In this document: in pieces, positions 1 to 10,763 of the stretch
Position numbering within the stretch: position 1 is the stretch's first letter
How the letters are laid out: every line of letters begins with the position of its first letter
Origin: Leptolyngbyaceae cyanobacterium
GTDB taxonomy: Bacteria; Cyanobacteriota; Cyanobacteriia; Phormidesmidales; Phormidesmidaceae
Assembly: GCA_050331235.1 (NCBI GenBank)
Contig: JBHJHA010000060.1
Location: 1-64,000 of the forward strand
Direction: 5' to 3'
DNA: 64,000 nt
The notes under the pieces: model-generated
Told to the model about the DNA's origin: nothing
Database searches by the model: none
The model's input: only the letters and a program-made list of their open reading frames with translations
Program-made: the position numbers and the translations under genes

Positions 1-459
1 AGCCCCCCCCCAGATAGCTATCAGTAAATATAGGGGAATCAGCTCCAACTCATAAAAGAGGAAGAACAGCAGTAAGTTATGGGCAAGAAACGCTCCGGCA
101 ACAGCAGCATTAATTAGCAAAATCAAGCTGTAGTAGAGCCGCGATCGCGAAATTGTCTCAGAGCTGGCATAAACAGCAATGCCCCCCAACAGACTGTTGA
201 TCAACAATAGCGGCATCGACAAACCATCAATGCCCAACTGATAAGTCAAACCCAGGGCATCAACCCAAGGCAGCGATTCCACAAACTGTAGCGTTGGCTG
301 CTGGATATCAAACTGGGTAGCTAAGTAGCCTGCCCATAAGAGGGACAGCCCTTGAATAATCAGGGCCACCAGCCCAACTTGCCGAGCCGGCGACTTTTGT
401 GGCCAGAGGCTAACGATTAAAGCCCCCACTAGGGGGATGAGTATCAGGGCGCTCAGCAT
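1..459 (-). CDS. ndhD4: NDH-1 CO2-uptake subunit NdhD4, 5' part (runs off the window start)
   Basis: Translated by hand from ATG at 459: MLSALILIPLVGALIVSLWP...GIDGLSMPLLL...LLLFFLFYELELIPLYLLIAIWGG, typical of NdhD/NuoM. Begins 10 bp downstream of ndhF4. Confidence 0.9.
   Translation of the reverse strand, partial: MLSALILIPLVGALIVSLWPQKSPARQVGLVALIIQGLSLLWAGYLATQFDIQQPTLQFVESLPWVDALGLTYQLGIDGLSMPLLLINSLLGGIAVYASSETISRSRLYYSLILLINAAVAGAFLAHNLLLFFLFYELELIPLYLLIAIWGGA
141..148. repeat. HIP1 octamer GCGATCGC (one example; dozens of copies across the window, often as GGCGATCGCC)
   Basis: Seen at 141, 541 and repeatedly throughout, in coding and non-coding DNA; hallmark of many cyanobacterial genomes. 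Confidence 0.95.
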
Positions 460-469
460 ATCTTTCGCT

Positions 470-2308
470 CTACCACATCGTCCAAGTCATTAGCAGGCCT
501 AATAAGCCAACCCCGATCACAATGGTCAGGATGTATCCCTGCGATCGCCCAGAAATGCTGTATTTCAGGCTTTCCCCTCCCATTAGAGAGGCGAGGCCGA
601 TACTATTGACCAGGCCATCTACGACGTACCGATCAAACCAGCTACTAGCCCGCGATAGCTGCTCCACTAGCCATACGACGGTAAAGCGGTAGAGCTTCTC
701 AGTGTAAAAATCATAGGCCAGTAGATCTTGCAAGATCCGGTAGGGCTTTTGAGCCGAACGAGCGAGGGATTGACTCAGGGAAATCAGCGCCCCCAGGACG
801 ATGCCCGCCATCCCCGACATCACCAAGGCAACTAAGGCAAACGTATTGATATATCGCCACGGCGGCAGCAAATCCATCCGCTGCATCAAGAAAGGTACTG
901 CCACGGTCACAACAACTAAAGTCACCATCGGTACCGCCATCGGCCAGGGAACTTCCGGAGCCCGACGGGTCTTTGGCTGCGCTGCACCTAAAAAGATGAG
1001 GCGAAATACTCGGGTCAAATTCAATGCGGTCAAAAAGTTGACGAGCAAAAAGACCACCACCAGGGCGGGCTGCTCCCCCCAAAAAAAGTCAATGCCTAAC
1101 AGATATCCCCAAAAGCAGCCCAGGGGAACCAGCCCTAATAGACCCGAGGACGCGACCACAAAAGAAACACTTGTGGCAGGCATTTTAGGACCCAGTCCCC
1201 CCATCTCAGTCAAATCTTGGCAGTTAGTGGTGAGGATGACCGAGCCCGCGCTCATAAACAACAGCGCTTTGGCGATCGCGTGGGTCAACAAAATAGTGAG
1301 CGCTACACCGGGCCACTCCATCCCCACGGCGATAAATACGAGCCCCAGATAAGCGCTGGTCGAATAAGACAGAGTTCGCTTGATATCCACCTGGGCCAAA
1401 GCCACACAGGAAGCCCCAAGCGCCGTCACCGTGCCGATAAAGACTAACGTCCCTAGCGCCGTGGGAGAAAGGACCACGATCGGCTGCAGGCGGATGAGCA
1501 CATAGGCCCCACAAGTGACGACAACCGAGTTCCGCAAAATCGACGCCGGATTTGGCCCTTCCATGGCTTCATCAAGCCAAAGATGCAGGGGAAACTGGGC
1601 ACACTTGCCGGCTGGCCCTGCAATCAGCGCAACGCCTAAAAGGGTAGCCACCAGGGGTGTCAGCTCAGCTACCTTAACCCACTCGTACAAGTCGTTGAAC
1701 CGGAGGCTACCCGCAAAAGCAGACAACGCAATGACGCCCATGAGCAACAGCACGTCGCCAATCCGCTTCGTCAAAAAAGCATCGCGGGCTGCCGTGACCA
1801 CCAACGGCTGAGCGTACCAAAACCCCACCAACAAATACGTCGACAAGGTCAACATTTCCAGCAGGGAATAGGATAAAAACAGGGAGCTACTGAGTATCAC
1901 ACCGCTCATGGCGGCTTCAAAAAAACCCATCAAGCCGAAAAACCGCCCCAGCGCCCAGTCCTTTTCCATGTACCCCAGGGCAAACAGCTGAGCCAAGAGG
2001 CTTAATCCGGCAATCAGCAACACAATGCCCAGGCTGAGCACCGAAAACTCAAACGAAATATGGAGATCAAGATCGGCCACCTGGAACCAATTCCAGCTCA
2101 CCTCTTGCGCGCCCTGCCCCCAAATGCTGCCAAACGTAAAGATGGCGTGGATAAACGCCACTAGAGTCATCAAAAGGTTCAGGTAGGCCGCCGGTCGCTG
2201 CCCGGTCAACCGAATCAACCCGACCGACCATGGCAGGGTCATGACCGCGCCCACTAATCCATAGACTGGAATCAACCAGCCTGACTGCATCCAAAACTCT
2301 GTCATCAA
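470..2308 (-). CDS. ndhF4: NDH-1 subunit NdhF4 (low-affinity CO2 uptake)
   Basis: NuoL/NdhF motifs (GKCAQFPLHLWLDEAMEGP). The YMEKDW signature fits the F4 clade. Divergent from the ccm operon, as is usual for ndhF4-ndhD4. Confidence 0.9.
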   Translation of the reverse strand: MMTEFWMQSGWLIPVYGLVGAVMTLPWSVGLIRLTGQRPAAYLNLLMTLVAFIHAIFTFGSIWGQGAQEVSWNWFQVADLDLHISFEFSVLSLGIVLLIAGLSLLAQLFALGYMEKDWALGRFFGLMGFFEAAMSGVILSSSLFLSYSLLEMLTLSTYLLVGFWYAQPLVVTAARDAFLTKRIGDVLLLMGVIALSAFAGSLRFNDLYEWVKVAELTPLVATLLGVALIAGPAGKCAQFPLHLWLDEAMEGPNPASILRNSVVVTCGAYVLIRLQPIVVLSPTALGTLVFIGTVTALGASCVALAQVDIKRTLSYSTSAYLGLVFIAVGMEWPGVALTILLTHAIAKALLFMSAGSVILTTNCQDLTEMGGLGPKMPATSVSFVVASSGLLGLVPLGCFWGYLLGIDFFWGEQPALVVVFLLVNFLTALNLTRVFRLIFLGAAQPKTRRAPEVPWPMAVPMVTLVVVTVAVPFLMQRMDLLPPWRYINTFALVALVMSGMAGIVLGALISLSQSLARSAQKPYRILQDLLAYDFYTEKLYRFTVVWLVEQLSRASSWFDRYVVDGLVNSIGLASLMGGESLKYSISGRSQGYILTIVIGVGLLGLLMTWTMW

Positions 2309-2709
2309 CTTTCAACTTCGATGTGCCACCTCCTATGGGAGGCAGTTGACAGTATTAGCAAAACTGGCTGCCAAAGTCTCCGTGATGGGGTTGCCAATCA
2401 TGGGTGACACCGTAGCCGCGCCGAATACTTACTATTCACTGAAAATGACGGGTCAAACGAATCGCTTTCAGTTCACCCTTAGATCAAGAGGCTGTGAAAT
2501 CACCCGAAATAATCGGGGAAGCTTCGTTTGGGCTTTAATTTTTAGCCTTTTCATCATACCTGAAGATGGCATCCCCTCAGGGGCGATCGCGAGCACTCCC
2601 AAACCCTTTTAACGCTAGGCCACAGGCGTCCCAGTCAGGCCACCCGCATTACCGGAGCAGACACTTCCGAAAAAATTACGATTTGTAGCTTAACAAGTCG
2701 AGACATTTC

Positions 2710-2756
2710 ATTAGCTGTATTGATGTTTCATATTAAAGACAATCATCGAGGCTTAT
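2710..2756 (+). promoter_or_regulatory. Three LysR-type (CbbR/RbcR-like) ATNA-N7-TNAT boxes upstream of ccmK
   Basis: ATTAGCTGTATTGAT 2710-2724, ATTAAAGACAATCAT 2732-2746 and ATCATCGAGGCTTAT 2742-2756, directly abutting a -35 element. Confidence 0.65.
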
Positions 2757-2757
2757 A

Positions 2758-2786
2758 TTGCCAAGGGTACGGCGGACTCATATTCT
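2758..2786 (+). promoter_or_regulatory. Sigma70-type promoter of the ccm operon
   Basis: TTGCCA (2758-2763) - 17 bp - TATTCT (2781-2786), about 150 bp upstream of the ccmK2 ATG. Confidence 0.6.
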
Positions 2787-2934
2787 TGATTTACATGGAG
2801 TTTGAGTAGGCCATAGGTATGGCTTGATGCCTCAGTTGGTTTTGGCCTACGACATCAGATTGAGTTTGCTAAGCCGAGTTAAGGATTGCAACGCTAGTGA
2901 CTCACAGGATCTTAAAAGAGGGAGATAACGACAA

Positions 2935-3243
2935 ATGCCTATTGCAGTTGGAATGATTGAAACCAAGGGCTTTCCTGCGGTGGTTGAGGCCGCTGACGCC
3001 ATGGTCAAAGCTGCTCGTGTAACTTTGGTCGGTTACGAAAAAATTGGGAGTGGCCGGGTAACTGTAATTGTTCGAGGCGACGTATCCGAGGTACAGGCCT
3101 CTGTCTCTGCTGGCATTGAATCGGCAAAGCGAGTCAATGGCGGTGAGGTGCTATCGACGCATATTATTGCTCGTCCTCATGAAAACTTGGAGTTTGTTCT
3201 GCCCATTCGCTATACGGAAGCGGTAGAGCAGTTTAGGACCTAA
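2935..3243 (+). CDS. ccmK2: Carboxysome shell hexamer CcmK2
   Basis: BMC domain [29 protein letters not shown]...; short 102-aa form; GGGAG SD. Confidence 0.93.
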   Translation: MPIAVGMIETKGFPAVVEAADAMVKAARVTLVGYEKIGSGRVTVIVRGDVSEVQASVSAGIESAKRVNGGEVLSTHIIARPHENLEFVLPIRYTEAVEQFRT

Positions 3244-3393
3244 TGCCTCATGGGGATTTGCCCCGTTGAGGCTGTTAGTCAGCCATAGGACCCGCAGCAA
3301 GGTGTTGATATCGTTGCTTGGGGACGATGGCTGGGCGTCTTTAGATTGATGAATTTATTGTTTGGCTAAGCAGGTTACAAGGAGTTATTAGGT

Positions 3394-3732
3394 ATGGCCA
3401 TTGCAGTTGGCATGATTGAGACCTTAGGCTTTCCCGCTGTTGTGGAAGCCGCAGACGCGATGGTTAAAGCGGCCCGCGTCACTCTAGTTGGGTATGAAAA
3501 AATTGGTAGCGGTCGAGTGACCGTGATTGTTCGAGGCGACGTTTCTGAAGTTCAGGCGTCTGTTTCCGCCGGCGTTGACAACGTCAAGCGCGTCAATGGT
3601 GGTCAAGTTCTCTCGACTCACATCATTGCTCGCCCCCACGAAAACCTCGAATTTGTCTTGCCGATTCGCTATACCGAGGCGGTTGAGCAGTTCCGTGAGA
3701 GCGTGAGTGGCATTCGCCCCTACGGACGTTAG
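3394..3732 (+). CDS. ccmK1: Carboxysome shell hexamer CcmK1
   Basis: Near-identical BMC paralogue with the ~10-aa C-terminal extension typical of CcmK1; AAGGAG SD. Confidence 0.92.
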   Translation: MAIAVGMIETLGFPAVVEAADAMVKAARVTLVGYEKIGSGRVTVIVRGDVSEVQASVSAGVDNVKRVNGGQVLSTHIIARPHENLEFVLPIRYTEAVEQFRESVSGIRPYGR

Positions 3733-3745
3733 GTAACTGCCAACT

Positions 3746-4048
3746 ATGATTTTGGCTAAAGTTCGCGGCACAGTCGTGAGTACCTGCAAGGAGCCCAGTC
3801 TGAGAGGCGTCAAGTTTCTGATGGTGCAGCTGATCAGTGATACGGGCGAGGCTTTGCCTGATTACGAGGTGGCTGCCGATGTCGTTGGTGCCGGACCAGG
3901 AGAATGGGTGTTGATTACCCGTGGGAGCGGCGCTCGAGAACACGACGGGTACCATGATCGCCCAGTAGATGCTGCGGTGATTGCCATTGTGGATACAGTG
4001 TCGTTGAGTTCCGGCACGCTTTACAGCAAACGTGACGACTTTAACTGA
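3746..4048 (+). CDS. ccmL: Carboxysome vertex pentamer CcmL
   Basis: EutN/CcmL motifs AKVRGTVVST, VAADVVGAG, DAAVIAIVD; position in the operon. Confidence 0.95.
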   Translation: MILAKVRGTVVSTCKEPSLRGVKFLMVQLISDTGEALPDYEVAADVVGAGPGEWVLITRGSGAREHDGYHDRPVDAAVIAIVDTVSLSSGTLYSKRDDFN

Positions 4049-4160
4049 TGAGACGGAGAGGTGATTGGGCTAGTGTATTGGGCCAACGCCTCTCCTAATG
4101 GTGAATGTGAGCCAATCCATGAGAGACGGTAGCTGATTAGTGAAGGGAGGTATCGGGTTA

Positions 4161-6176
4161 ATGTTGCCCCGTAGTACAGCAGCCCCGCCAACGTCTTGGT
4201 CACAGAACTTGGCAGAGCCTAGAATAAACGACTCAGCGATTATCCATGATTTTTCCCAGGTATTGGGAGATGTGAGAATTGCGGCAGATGTGTTGGTTGC
4301 ACCTGCGACATCCATCCGGGGGGATGGTAACTGTGCCTTTGGCATTGGTGCCGGTTCCTCCATTCTGGATGGGGTGATTATTCATGCCTTGAGAGAGGGG
4401 CGAGTTCTGGGTGACAATGACGAATGTTACGCCGTTTGGATCGGAGAGCAGGTGACGATCGCCCACAAGGCGATTATCCAGGGTCCCGTTTACATCGGCG
4501 ATGGAGCATTTGTCGGCTTTCGATCAACGATCTTTAATGCTCGGGTAGGGGCTGGCTGCGTCGTCATGATGCATGCCCTAGTTCAGGATGTCGAAATTCC
4601 TCCCGGCAAAGTCGTCCCCTCCGGTGCTGTGATTACCCAGCAGGCACAGGCTGATCAGCTCGCCGATGCCAAACCACAAGACCGCGCCCTTGTGGATGAA
4701 CTTTTAAGTATGAACCGAACCCTACGCGCCGGCTATGCTCACGCCTCTGTGCGTCGTCAACCGGTTGCTGAGACCCGCGATCGCCCACCCCTTACCTCTA
4801 TCGCTCAAGACAACGGAACTAAGACCATGCAATCCCAAAGACTGAATTCTGATGTCGTCCATCAGGTACGACAACTGCTCCATCAAGGCTATCGAATCGG
4901 GACTGAGCACGCGGATGCGCGCCGTTATCGGAGTAATGTCTGGCAAACCTGTGCGCCCATTCAGTCAAGTCGGGAGGGGGAAGTTCTCAGATCACTAGAG
5001 GGCTGCTTGGAGGAACATTCAGGGGAATATGTCCGGATGTTTGGCATCGACCCAAGTGCCAATCGCCGTGTTGCCACCACTACAATTCAAAGGCCGGATG
5101 GCAAAGCAGTAGAAGTACAGACGACATCAGTGCCGCGAGCAGGCGCATCGTCGATGTCAGCTACCCCCCGCTCTTCGGCGGCCGGTAATGGCAACCACGC
5201 TGATGCCGACCTCGTACAACAGGTTCGCGGCTTGCTGCAGCAGGGATACAATATCGGTCTGGAACATGCCGATGCCCGTCGCTTTCGCAGTAATGTGTGG
5301 CAAAGCTGCTCCCCCGTGCGATCCAACAATGAACGCGAGGTCATGGCTGCTCTACAAGCTTGCTTGAATGAGCATCAAGGTGAGTATGTGCGCATGTTTG
5401 GCATCGATCCGATCGCTAAGCGGCGCGTCACTTCTGTCACGATTCAGCGGCCGGATGGTCGGGCTAAATTGAGTGGCGGAGGTTCATCCCCTCGTTTTGA
5501 CAGTACAAACGGCTCTAACAACCAATCTTCTGGTAATGCTGGCAGCATCCCTGGCGATGCCGCACAGCAGGTCCGAAGCCTATTGAGCCAAGGGTACAAA
5601 ATCGGCATTGAACATGCCGATGCCCGTCGTTTTCGCAGCAACGTGTGGCAAACCTGCGCCCCGGCTGATTCGGGCCGCGAAGCCGATGTGTTGTCATCGC
5701 TCAACGCCTGCATTCAAGAGCATGCAGGGGAATATGTACGCGTCTTTGGCATCGATCAAGCGGCCAAAAAGCGACTCTCACCCATTATCATCCATCGACC
5801 CGGGGCAGTAGTCACTAACCGCCGAGAGGTGATGTCTTCCACCTCAGCTAACACCACCAATCCGGTCAGTTCTCCCCCTTCCTATGGCACTGCTTCCCGC
5901 AACGGCCATAGCCAGCGGCTATCTGACGAAGTGGTTCAACAGGTGCGGCAGCTCATTAATCAGGGGTATCGCATTAGCCTCGAGCATGCTGACGTTCGCC
6001 GCTATCGGAGCGGCGCTTGGCAGACTGGTGGGGTACTCGAAGGACAAAACCCTTCCGGCGTTTTGTCTGCCCTAGAAAGCAGGTTGGCGTCTCACTCTGG
6101 TGAATATGTGCGGCTAGTTGGGATTGATCCCCAGGCGAAGCGCCGAGTACTCGAAACGACCATTCAACGTCCTTAG
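4161..6176 (+). CDS. ccmM: Carboxysome scaffold CcmM (gamma-CA-like domain + four RbcS-like SSUL repeats)
   Basis: N-terminus [14 protein letters not shown], hexapeptide beta-helix, then four QVRxLLxQGYxIxxEHADxRRxR...GEYVRxxGID repeats. ATG at 4161 preferred over the ORF-track GTG at 4140. Confidence 0.96.
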   Translation: MLPRSTAAPPTSWSQNLAEPRINDSAIIHDFSQVLGDVRIAADVLVAPATSIRGDGNCAFGIGAGSSILDGVIIHALREGRVLGDNDECYAVWIGEQVTIAHKAIIQGPVYIGDGAFVGFRSTIFNARVGAGCVVMMHALVQDVEIPPGKVVPSGAVITQQAQADQLADAKPQDRALVDELLSMNRTLRAGYAHASVRRQPVAETRDRPPLTSIAQDNGTKTMQSQRLNSDVVHQVRQLLHQGYRIGTEHADARRYRSNVWQTCAPIQSSREGEVLRSLEGCLEEHSGEYVRMFGIDPSANRRVATTTIQRPDGKAVEVQTTSVPRAGASSMSATPRSSAAGNGNHADADLVQQVRGLLQQGYNIGLEHADARRFRSNVWQSCSPVRSNNEREVMAALQACLNEHQGEYVRMFGIDPIAKRRVTSVTIQRPDGRAKLSGGGSSPRFDSTNGSNNQSSGNAGSIPGDAAQQVRSLLSQGYKIGIEHADARRFRSNVWQTCAPADSGREADVLSSLNACIQEHAGEYVRVFGIDQAAKKRLSPIIIHRPGAVVTNRREVMSSTSANTTNPVSSPPSYGTASRNGHSQRLSDEVVQQVRQLINQGYRISLEHADVRRYRSGAWQTGGVLEGQNPSGVLSALESRLASHSGEYVRLVGIDPQAKRRVLETTIQRP

Positions 6177-6190
6177 CGATTCCAGGCATA

Positions 6191-6772
6191 GTGCACATCC
6201 ATGGGCAGCCACTGGCAGTTGACTATTACATCGGAGCCAACGTTGAGTTGGCCCCGGGGGTCGTGGTTGCCGCTGGGTGTGTTTTAGAAGCTGCGCCCGG
6301 AGCCCGATTAGTCATTGCCTCTGGCGTTTGCATCGGAACGGGGGCAGTTATCCAAGCGGTTGGGGGGAAGTTGACTTTAGGCACAGAGGTTAATTTGGGA
6401 GCAGGCGTTTTGATTGTGGGGCGTGGCACGGTCAACCCTCGGGCCTGCATTGGCTCCGAGAGTACGCTATTTAATCCACACATTGACAGTGGCACCGTGC
6501 TGCCCGCTAAGTCGTTGGTCGGTATGCCTGCTGGTTTGCCGGGCGATCGCCCCTCAGAAACCGCTCCGCCAACTGAAACTAATGGTGATGGTTCAGCGAC
6601 TGATGTCCCTACCCCCGACGTGATACCTGACAACCATCAGCCCCTGAACGGGAATACTCCTGGCAAGACTGTTTATGGTCGCGAACAGGTGATGCAATTG
6701 ATGAAAACGCTGTTTCCCCATCGCGACGCGCTCGACAGTTCCCCTGAACGGGATGCTGAGGTCAACAACTGA
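6191..6772 (+). CDS. ccmN: Carboxysome assembly protein CcmN
   Basis: Hexapeptide repeats, Pro-rich linker and C-terminal encapsulation peptide VYGREQVMQLMKTLFPH. Confidence 0.93.
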   Translation: MHIHGQPLAVDYYIGANVELAPGVVVAAGCVLEAAPGARLVIASGVCIGTGAVIQAVGGKLTLGTEVNLGAGVLIVGRGTVNPRACIGSESTLFNPHIDSGTVLPAKSLVGMPAGLPGDRPSETAPPTETNGDGSATDVPTPDVIPDNHQPLNGNTPGKTVYGREQVMQLMKTLFPHRDALDSSPERDAEVNN

Positions 6773-6848
6773 ATCTGACAGTCCATCTCTTTCTAACCAC
6801 AGTTCTTACAATAGAAGAACATTCATCGCTTATCCGTGAGGCCCCAAC

Positions 6849-7694
6849 ATGGTGGCAACTAACCCCAAGCAGCTTTCTCTCTCCAAGCCCTCTCCCCGTG
6901 CCCAACGATGGGCTTCTAAGTTGAAGGGGGCAGCCCTAGGGTTGGTCTCCACGCAAAGTTTTCCGGCGGTAGTGGGGACGGCGGATGCCATGCTCAAGTC
7001 TTCCGATGTCATGCTCATCGGTTACGAGAAAACCGGGGCCGGGCAATGTACTGCTGTAGTACGAGGCGGTGTCGCGGATGTCCGCATGGCAGTGGAGGCC
7101 GGCACCGCTACGGCAAAGCAATTTGGGCAGTTTATTTCAGCGTCTCTCATTCCCCGCCCCCTCGCTAATCTAGAGGCCGTTCTCCCAATTTGTCTGCATC
7201 TGGATGCCCTTGAGCAAGTTGGCCAAGGCCGGGTCGGTAGCGGTGCTCTTGGGCTCTTGGAAACCCGTGGGTTTCCGGCCATGGTGGGGGCAGCCGATGC
7301 CATGACCAAGGCTGCAGAGGTGCAGGTCGTCGCCCACCAATCTATTGGCGATGGGCTATGTACCGTGATCATTCGTGGTTCACTCTCCAACGTGGCGATC
7401 GCCGTTGAGTCGGGAATGCACGAAGCGGAACGGATTGGCGAACTGCATGCAGTGATGGTGATTCCTCGACCGTTAGATGAGCTGGAACAGTCCTTGCCGA
7501 TGGCGGAGGAGCTCGTCACGGAAAGGCCAGTACGCTTGCCGCTAAAGCTCGACGAGAAAGAGAAAGAGCTGGTCGCTTTGCCAGAAGCCGCAGCCGCCGA
7601 AGTCAAGCAAGAAATGGCTTTAGAAGAGCCTGCGGCCCAACCAGAACGGGGCGTTCCTCAGCCCCCACCTCTGCAAGCCGGAGAGCTCGATTGA
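6849..7694 (+). CDS. ccmO: Tandem-BMC shell protein CcmO
   Basis: Two BMC domains (ALGLVSTQSFPAVVGTADAMLK; ALGLLETRGFPAMVGAADAM) following ccmN. Confidence 0.95.
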   Translation: MVATNPKQLSLSKPSPRAQRWASKLKGAALGLVSTQSFPAVVGTADAMLKSSDVMLIGYEKTGAGQCTAVVRGGVADVRMAVEAGTATAKQFGQFISASLIPRPLANLEAVLPICLHLDALEQVGQGRVGSGALGLLETRGFPAMVGAADAMTKAAEVQVVAHQSIGDGLCTVIIRGSLSNVAIAVESGMHEAERIGELHAVMVIPRPLDELEQSLPMAEELVTERPVRLPLKLDEKEKELVALPEAAAAEVKQEMALEEPAAQPERGVPQPPPLQAGELD

Positions 7695-7711
7695 CTCTCG
7701 CCTGAGCTCGG

Positions 7712-8737
7712 CTAGCGATTCACATTCGCCGCTGACCAAGCCGTCAACGCTTGCCAAACCTGATCAAGTAGGTCTGGAGCTTCCGCATCAAACCAGTAGA
7801 TTGGGCGTTTGCGAAACCAGGTCCGCTGGCGTTTCGCAAACTGGCGAGTGTTTTTCACAATGAGCTGCTCCGCTGCGACCAAAGAATAGTCCCCAGCTAA
7901 ATAACCTAAAATTTCGGCGTAGCCCAGGGTTTGCAGCAGCGACAGCTTAGGTCCATAGCGCTGACATAACTGTTCCACCTCCTGGACCAAGCCTTGCTCA
8001 AGCATTTGAGCCGTGCGGTAAACGATTCGCCGCTGCAGAATGGGCGGCTCACAATCTAACCCGATATATAGGATGGGATAGCTTGGCGGATTTTGACCCT
8101 GTTGGGCCGATAGGGGAATACCCGTAACGTAGACTACCTCTAAAGCGCGAATGGTGCGGACCGAGTCATGGGGATGAATGCGATCGCCCGCCGCCGGATC
8201 AACCTGCTGGAGCATCGCGTGGCAGTGAGCCTGGCCAAGGTGCGCGAGTTGAGAGCGCAACGCCGGCTGAGGAGCCACGGGGGGAATCTGCAAACCATCG
8301 ACCACTGAAGAAATGTAAAGACCTGTACCGCCCACTAAGCAGGGCAGACGTTCTCCGCTATTGTGTAGCTGCGCAATCAACAACTGGGCCGCGCGCTGAT
8401 ATTCCGCCACGGTTATCGTCTCAGTTGGTCTGCGAATATCAATTAGATAATGGGGTACCCGCGATCGCTCCGCCACGGTGGGCTTAGCGGTGCCAATATC
8501 CAGCTCCTGATAAACCAACCGGGAATCGGCACTCAAAATGGACAGCGGCAATCTTTCTGCCAGGGCTAAGGAAAGTCCCGTTTTCCCCGTCGCCGTTGCC
8601 CCCGCAATCACCAATATATGGGGACACTGCATATAGCGTAGATCAGGCGTACCTTGGGGAGATGGCTGGGTAGGCGAAGAATTTGTCGATAACATCCCTT
8701 GGTCAGATGTCCTCAGAGACTGCGCTATGCACTGCAT
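7712..8737 (-). CDS. miaA: tRNA dimethylallyltransferase (true start probably further downstream, e.g. ATG at 8632)
   Basis: GATATGKT P-loop, DSRLVY...DIGTAKP, VGGTGLY, FAKRQRTWF. Confidence 0.95.
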   Translation of the reverse strand: MQCIAQSLRTSDQGMLSTNSSPTQPSPQGTPDLRYMQCPHILVIAGATATGKTGLSLALAERLPLSILSADSRLVYQELDIGTAKPTVAERSRVPHYLIDIRRPTETITVAEYQRAAQLLIAQLHNSGERLPCLVGGTGLYISSVVDGLQIPPVAPQPALRSQLAHLGQAHCHAMLQQVDPAAGDRIHPHDSVRTIRALEVVYVTGIPLSAQQGQNPPSYPILYIGLDCEPPILQRRIVYRTAQMLEQGLVQEVEQLCQRYGPKLSLLQTLGYAEILGYLAGDYSLVAAEQLIVKNTRQFAKRQRTWFRKRPIYWFDAEAPDLLDQVWQALTAWSAANVNR

Positions 8738-8825
8738 GAGTGCATTTGTGTTAAAATTTTAGGGTATTTTTGACTCACCCCAAGTCTAGGGGCGTTAATG
8801 CGCCTTTTCAGGAGTAAGAAACTTT

Positions 8826-10763
8826 ATGGCGAGCAACTACGGTGCTGAGCAGATTCAGGTACTAGAAGGTCTAGAACCGGTTCGTAAGCGACCTGGAATG
8901 TACATCGGCAGCACCGGCCCCCGTGGACTGCATCATTTAGTTTATGAGGTCGTTGATAACTCTGTCGACGAAGCCCTAGCCGGGTATTGTTCTCGCATTG
9001 AAGTAGAGCTCAATCCTGATGGCTCTGTCACGGTCCACGACGATGGTCGAGGGATTCCGACGGATGTCCACCCACAGACGGGGAAGTCCGCCTTAGAGAC
9101 GGTTTTGACCGTTCTCCATGCGGGCGGAAAATTTGGCGGCGGCGGCTACAAAGTCTCTGGGGGACTCCACGGCGTTGGCGTATCCGTGGTCAATGCACTA
9201 TCAGATTGGGTGGAAGTGACGGTTTGGCGCAACCATAAAACCCATGTACAGCGCTTTGAGCGGGGGGTATCCATTGGTGACTTACAGGTGAGTGATAGCG
9301 GCAGCGATCGCACCGGCACGTCAGTATCCTTTAAGCCTGACAGCACAATTTTTACTACCACTACCGAGTTTGACTACGATACCCTAGCAGGTCGCCTCCG
9401 CGAACTGGCTTATCTCAACGGTGGCGTCGATATCGTCTTTACCGATCACCGTTTAGAATTGCTCAAAGCCGATGAGCCCCGAGTCTCTCGCTTTCACTAT
9501 GAGGGCGGCATTAAAGAGTACGTTGAATATATCAACAACGAAAAACAGCCGGTGCACGAAGAAATCGTCTATGTACAAGGCGAGCGAGACGGGGTACAGG
9601 TCGAAGTCGCACTGCAATGGTGTATCGATGCCTACTCCGACAATCTGCTGGGCTTTGCCAACAATATTCGCACGGTGGACGGTGGCACCCACCTAGAAGG
9701 CCTCAAAACCGTTTTGACTCGGACCCTCAACACCTTTGCTCGCAAGCGCAACAAGCGGAAGGAAAATGAGTCTAATTTAAGCGGCGAAAACATTCGGGAA
9801 GGGCTGACAGCAGTGATTTCTGTCAAGGTCCCGGAACCGGAGTTTGAGGGCCAAACCAAGACCAAACTCGGCAACACCGAAGTACGTGGTATTGTCGATA
9901 CCCTCGTAGGCGAGACGCTGACCGAGTATCTGGATTTTCATCCCAGCGTCGTTGACACTATTTTAGACAAAGCAATTCAGGCCTTTAACGCGGCGGAAGC
10001 AGCTAAACGAGCTCGGGAGCTGGTGCGCCGTAAGTCGGTGCTGGAGTCATCGACCTTGCCCGGTAAATTGGCCGACTGCAGCAGCCGCGACCCCAAAGAA
10101 TCAGAAATCTTTATCGTTGAGGGGGACTCCGCGGGCGGTAGCGCGAAGCAAGGCCGCGATCGCCGCTTTCAGGCGATTTTGCCACTGCGGGGTAAGATTC
10201 TCAATATTGAGAAAACCGATGATGCTCGCATTTACAAAAATACGGAAATCCAGTCGCTGATTACGGCCTTGGGCTTGGGCATCAAAGGGGAAGAGTTTGA
10301 TGAATCGCAGCTCCGCTATCACCGGATTTGTCTCATGACTGACGCCGATGTAGATGGAGCACACATCCGTACACTGCTATTGACCTTTTTCTATCGTTAT
10401 CAACGGGCGCTGATTGACCAAGGCTTTGTTTATATTGCTTGCCCACCTCTGTACAAGATTGAGCGGGGACGCAATCACTGGTACTGCTACAGCGATCGGG
10501 AGCGGGACGAAATCTTAAATGGCTTTCCTGACAATGCTAACTATGGCATTCAGCGCTTTAAGGGTTTGGGTGAGATGATGCCCCAGCAGCTCTGGGACAC
10601 CACTATGAATCCAGAAAGTCGGACCCTGAAAAAAGTTGAGATCGAAGACGCCGCTGAAGCGGATCGTATCTTTACCGTGCTGATGGGCGATCGCGTCGCA
10701 CCACGTCGTGAGTTCATCGAAACCTACGGCCCTAAGCTCGATCTGGACGACTTAGATATTTAG
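8826..10763 (+). CDS. gyrB: DNA gyrase subunit B
   Basis: [49 protein letters not shown]. Confidence 0.98.
   Translation: MASNYGAEQIQVLEGLEPVRKRPGMYIGSTGPRGLHHLVYEVVDNSVDEALAGYCSRIEVELNPDGSVTVHDDGRGIPTDVHPQTGKSALETVLTVLHAGGKFGGGGYKVSGGLHGVGVSVVNALSDWVEVTVWRNHKTHVQRFERGVSIGDLQVSDSGSDRTGTSVSFKPDSTIFTTTTEFDYDTLAGRLRELAYLNGGVDIVFTDHRLELLKADEPRVSRFHYEGGIKEYVEYINNEKQPVHEEIVYVQGERDGVQVEVALQWCIDAYSDNLLGFANNIRTVDGGTHLEGLKTVLTRTLNTFARKRNKRKENESNLSGENIREGLTAVISVKVPEPEFEGQTKTKLGNTEVRGIVDTLVGETLTEYLDFHPSVVDTILDKAIQAFNAAEAAKRARELVRRKSVLESSTLPGKLADCSSRDPKESEIFIVEGDSAGGSAKQGRDRRFQAILPLRGKILNIEKTDDARIYKNTEIQSLITALGLGIKGEEFDESQLRYHRICLMTDADVDGAHIRTLLLTFFYRYQRALIDQGFVYIACPPLYKIERGRNHWYCYSDRERDEILNGFPDNANYGIQRFKGLGEMMPQQLWDTTMNPESRTLKKVEIEDAAEADRIFTVLMGDRVAPRREFIETYGPKLDLDDLDI

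Noticed and set aside
4827..6176. Periodic DNA repeats that could be taken for a CRISPR or repeat array
   Set aside because: They are the coding SSUL repeats of ccmM. The ccmK2/ccmK1 similarity is likewise a known paralogue pair.
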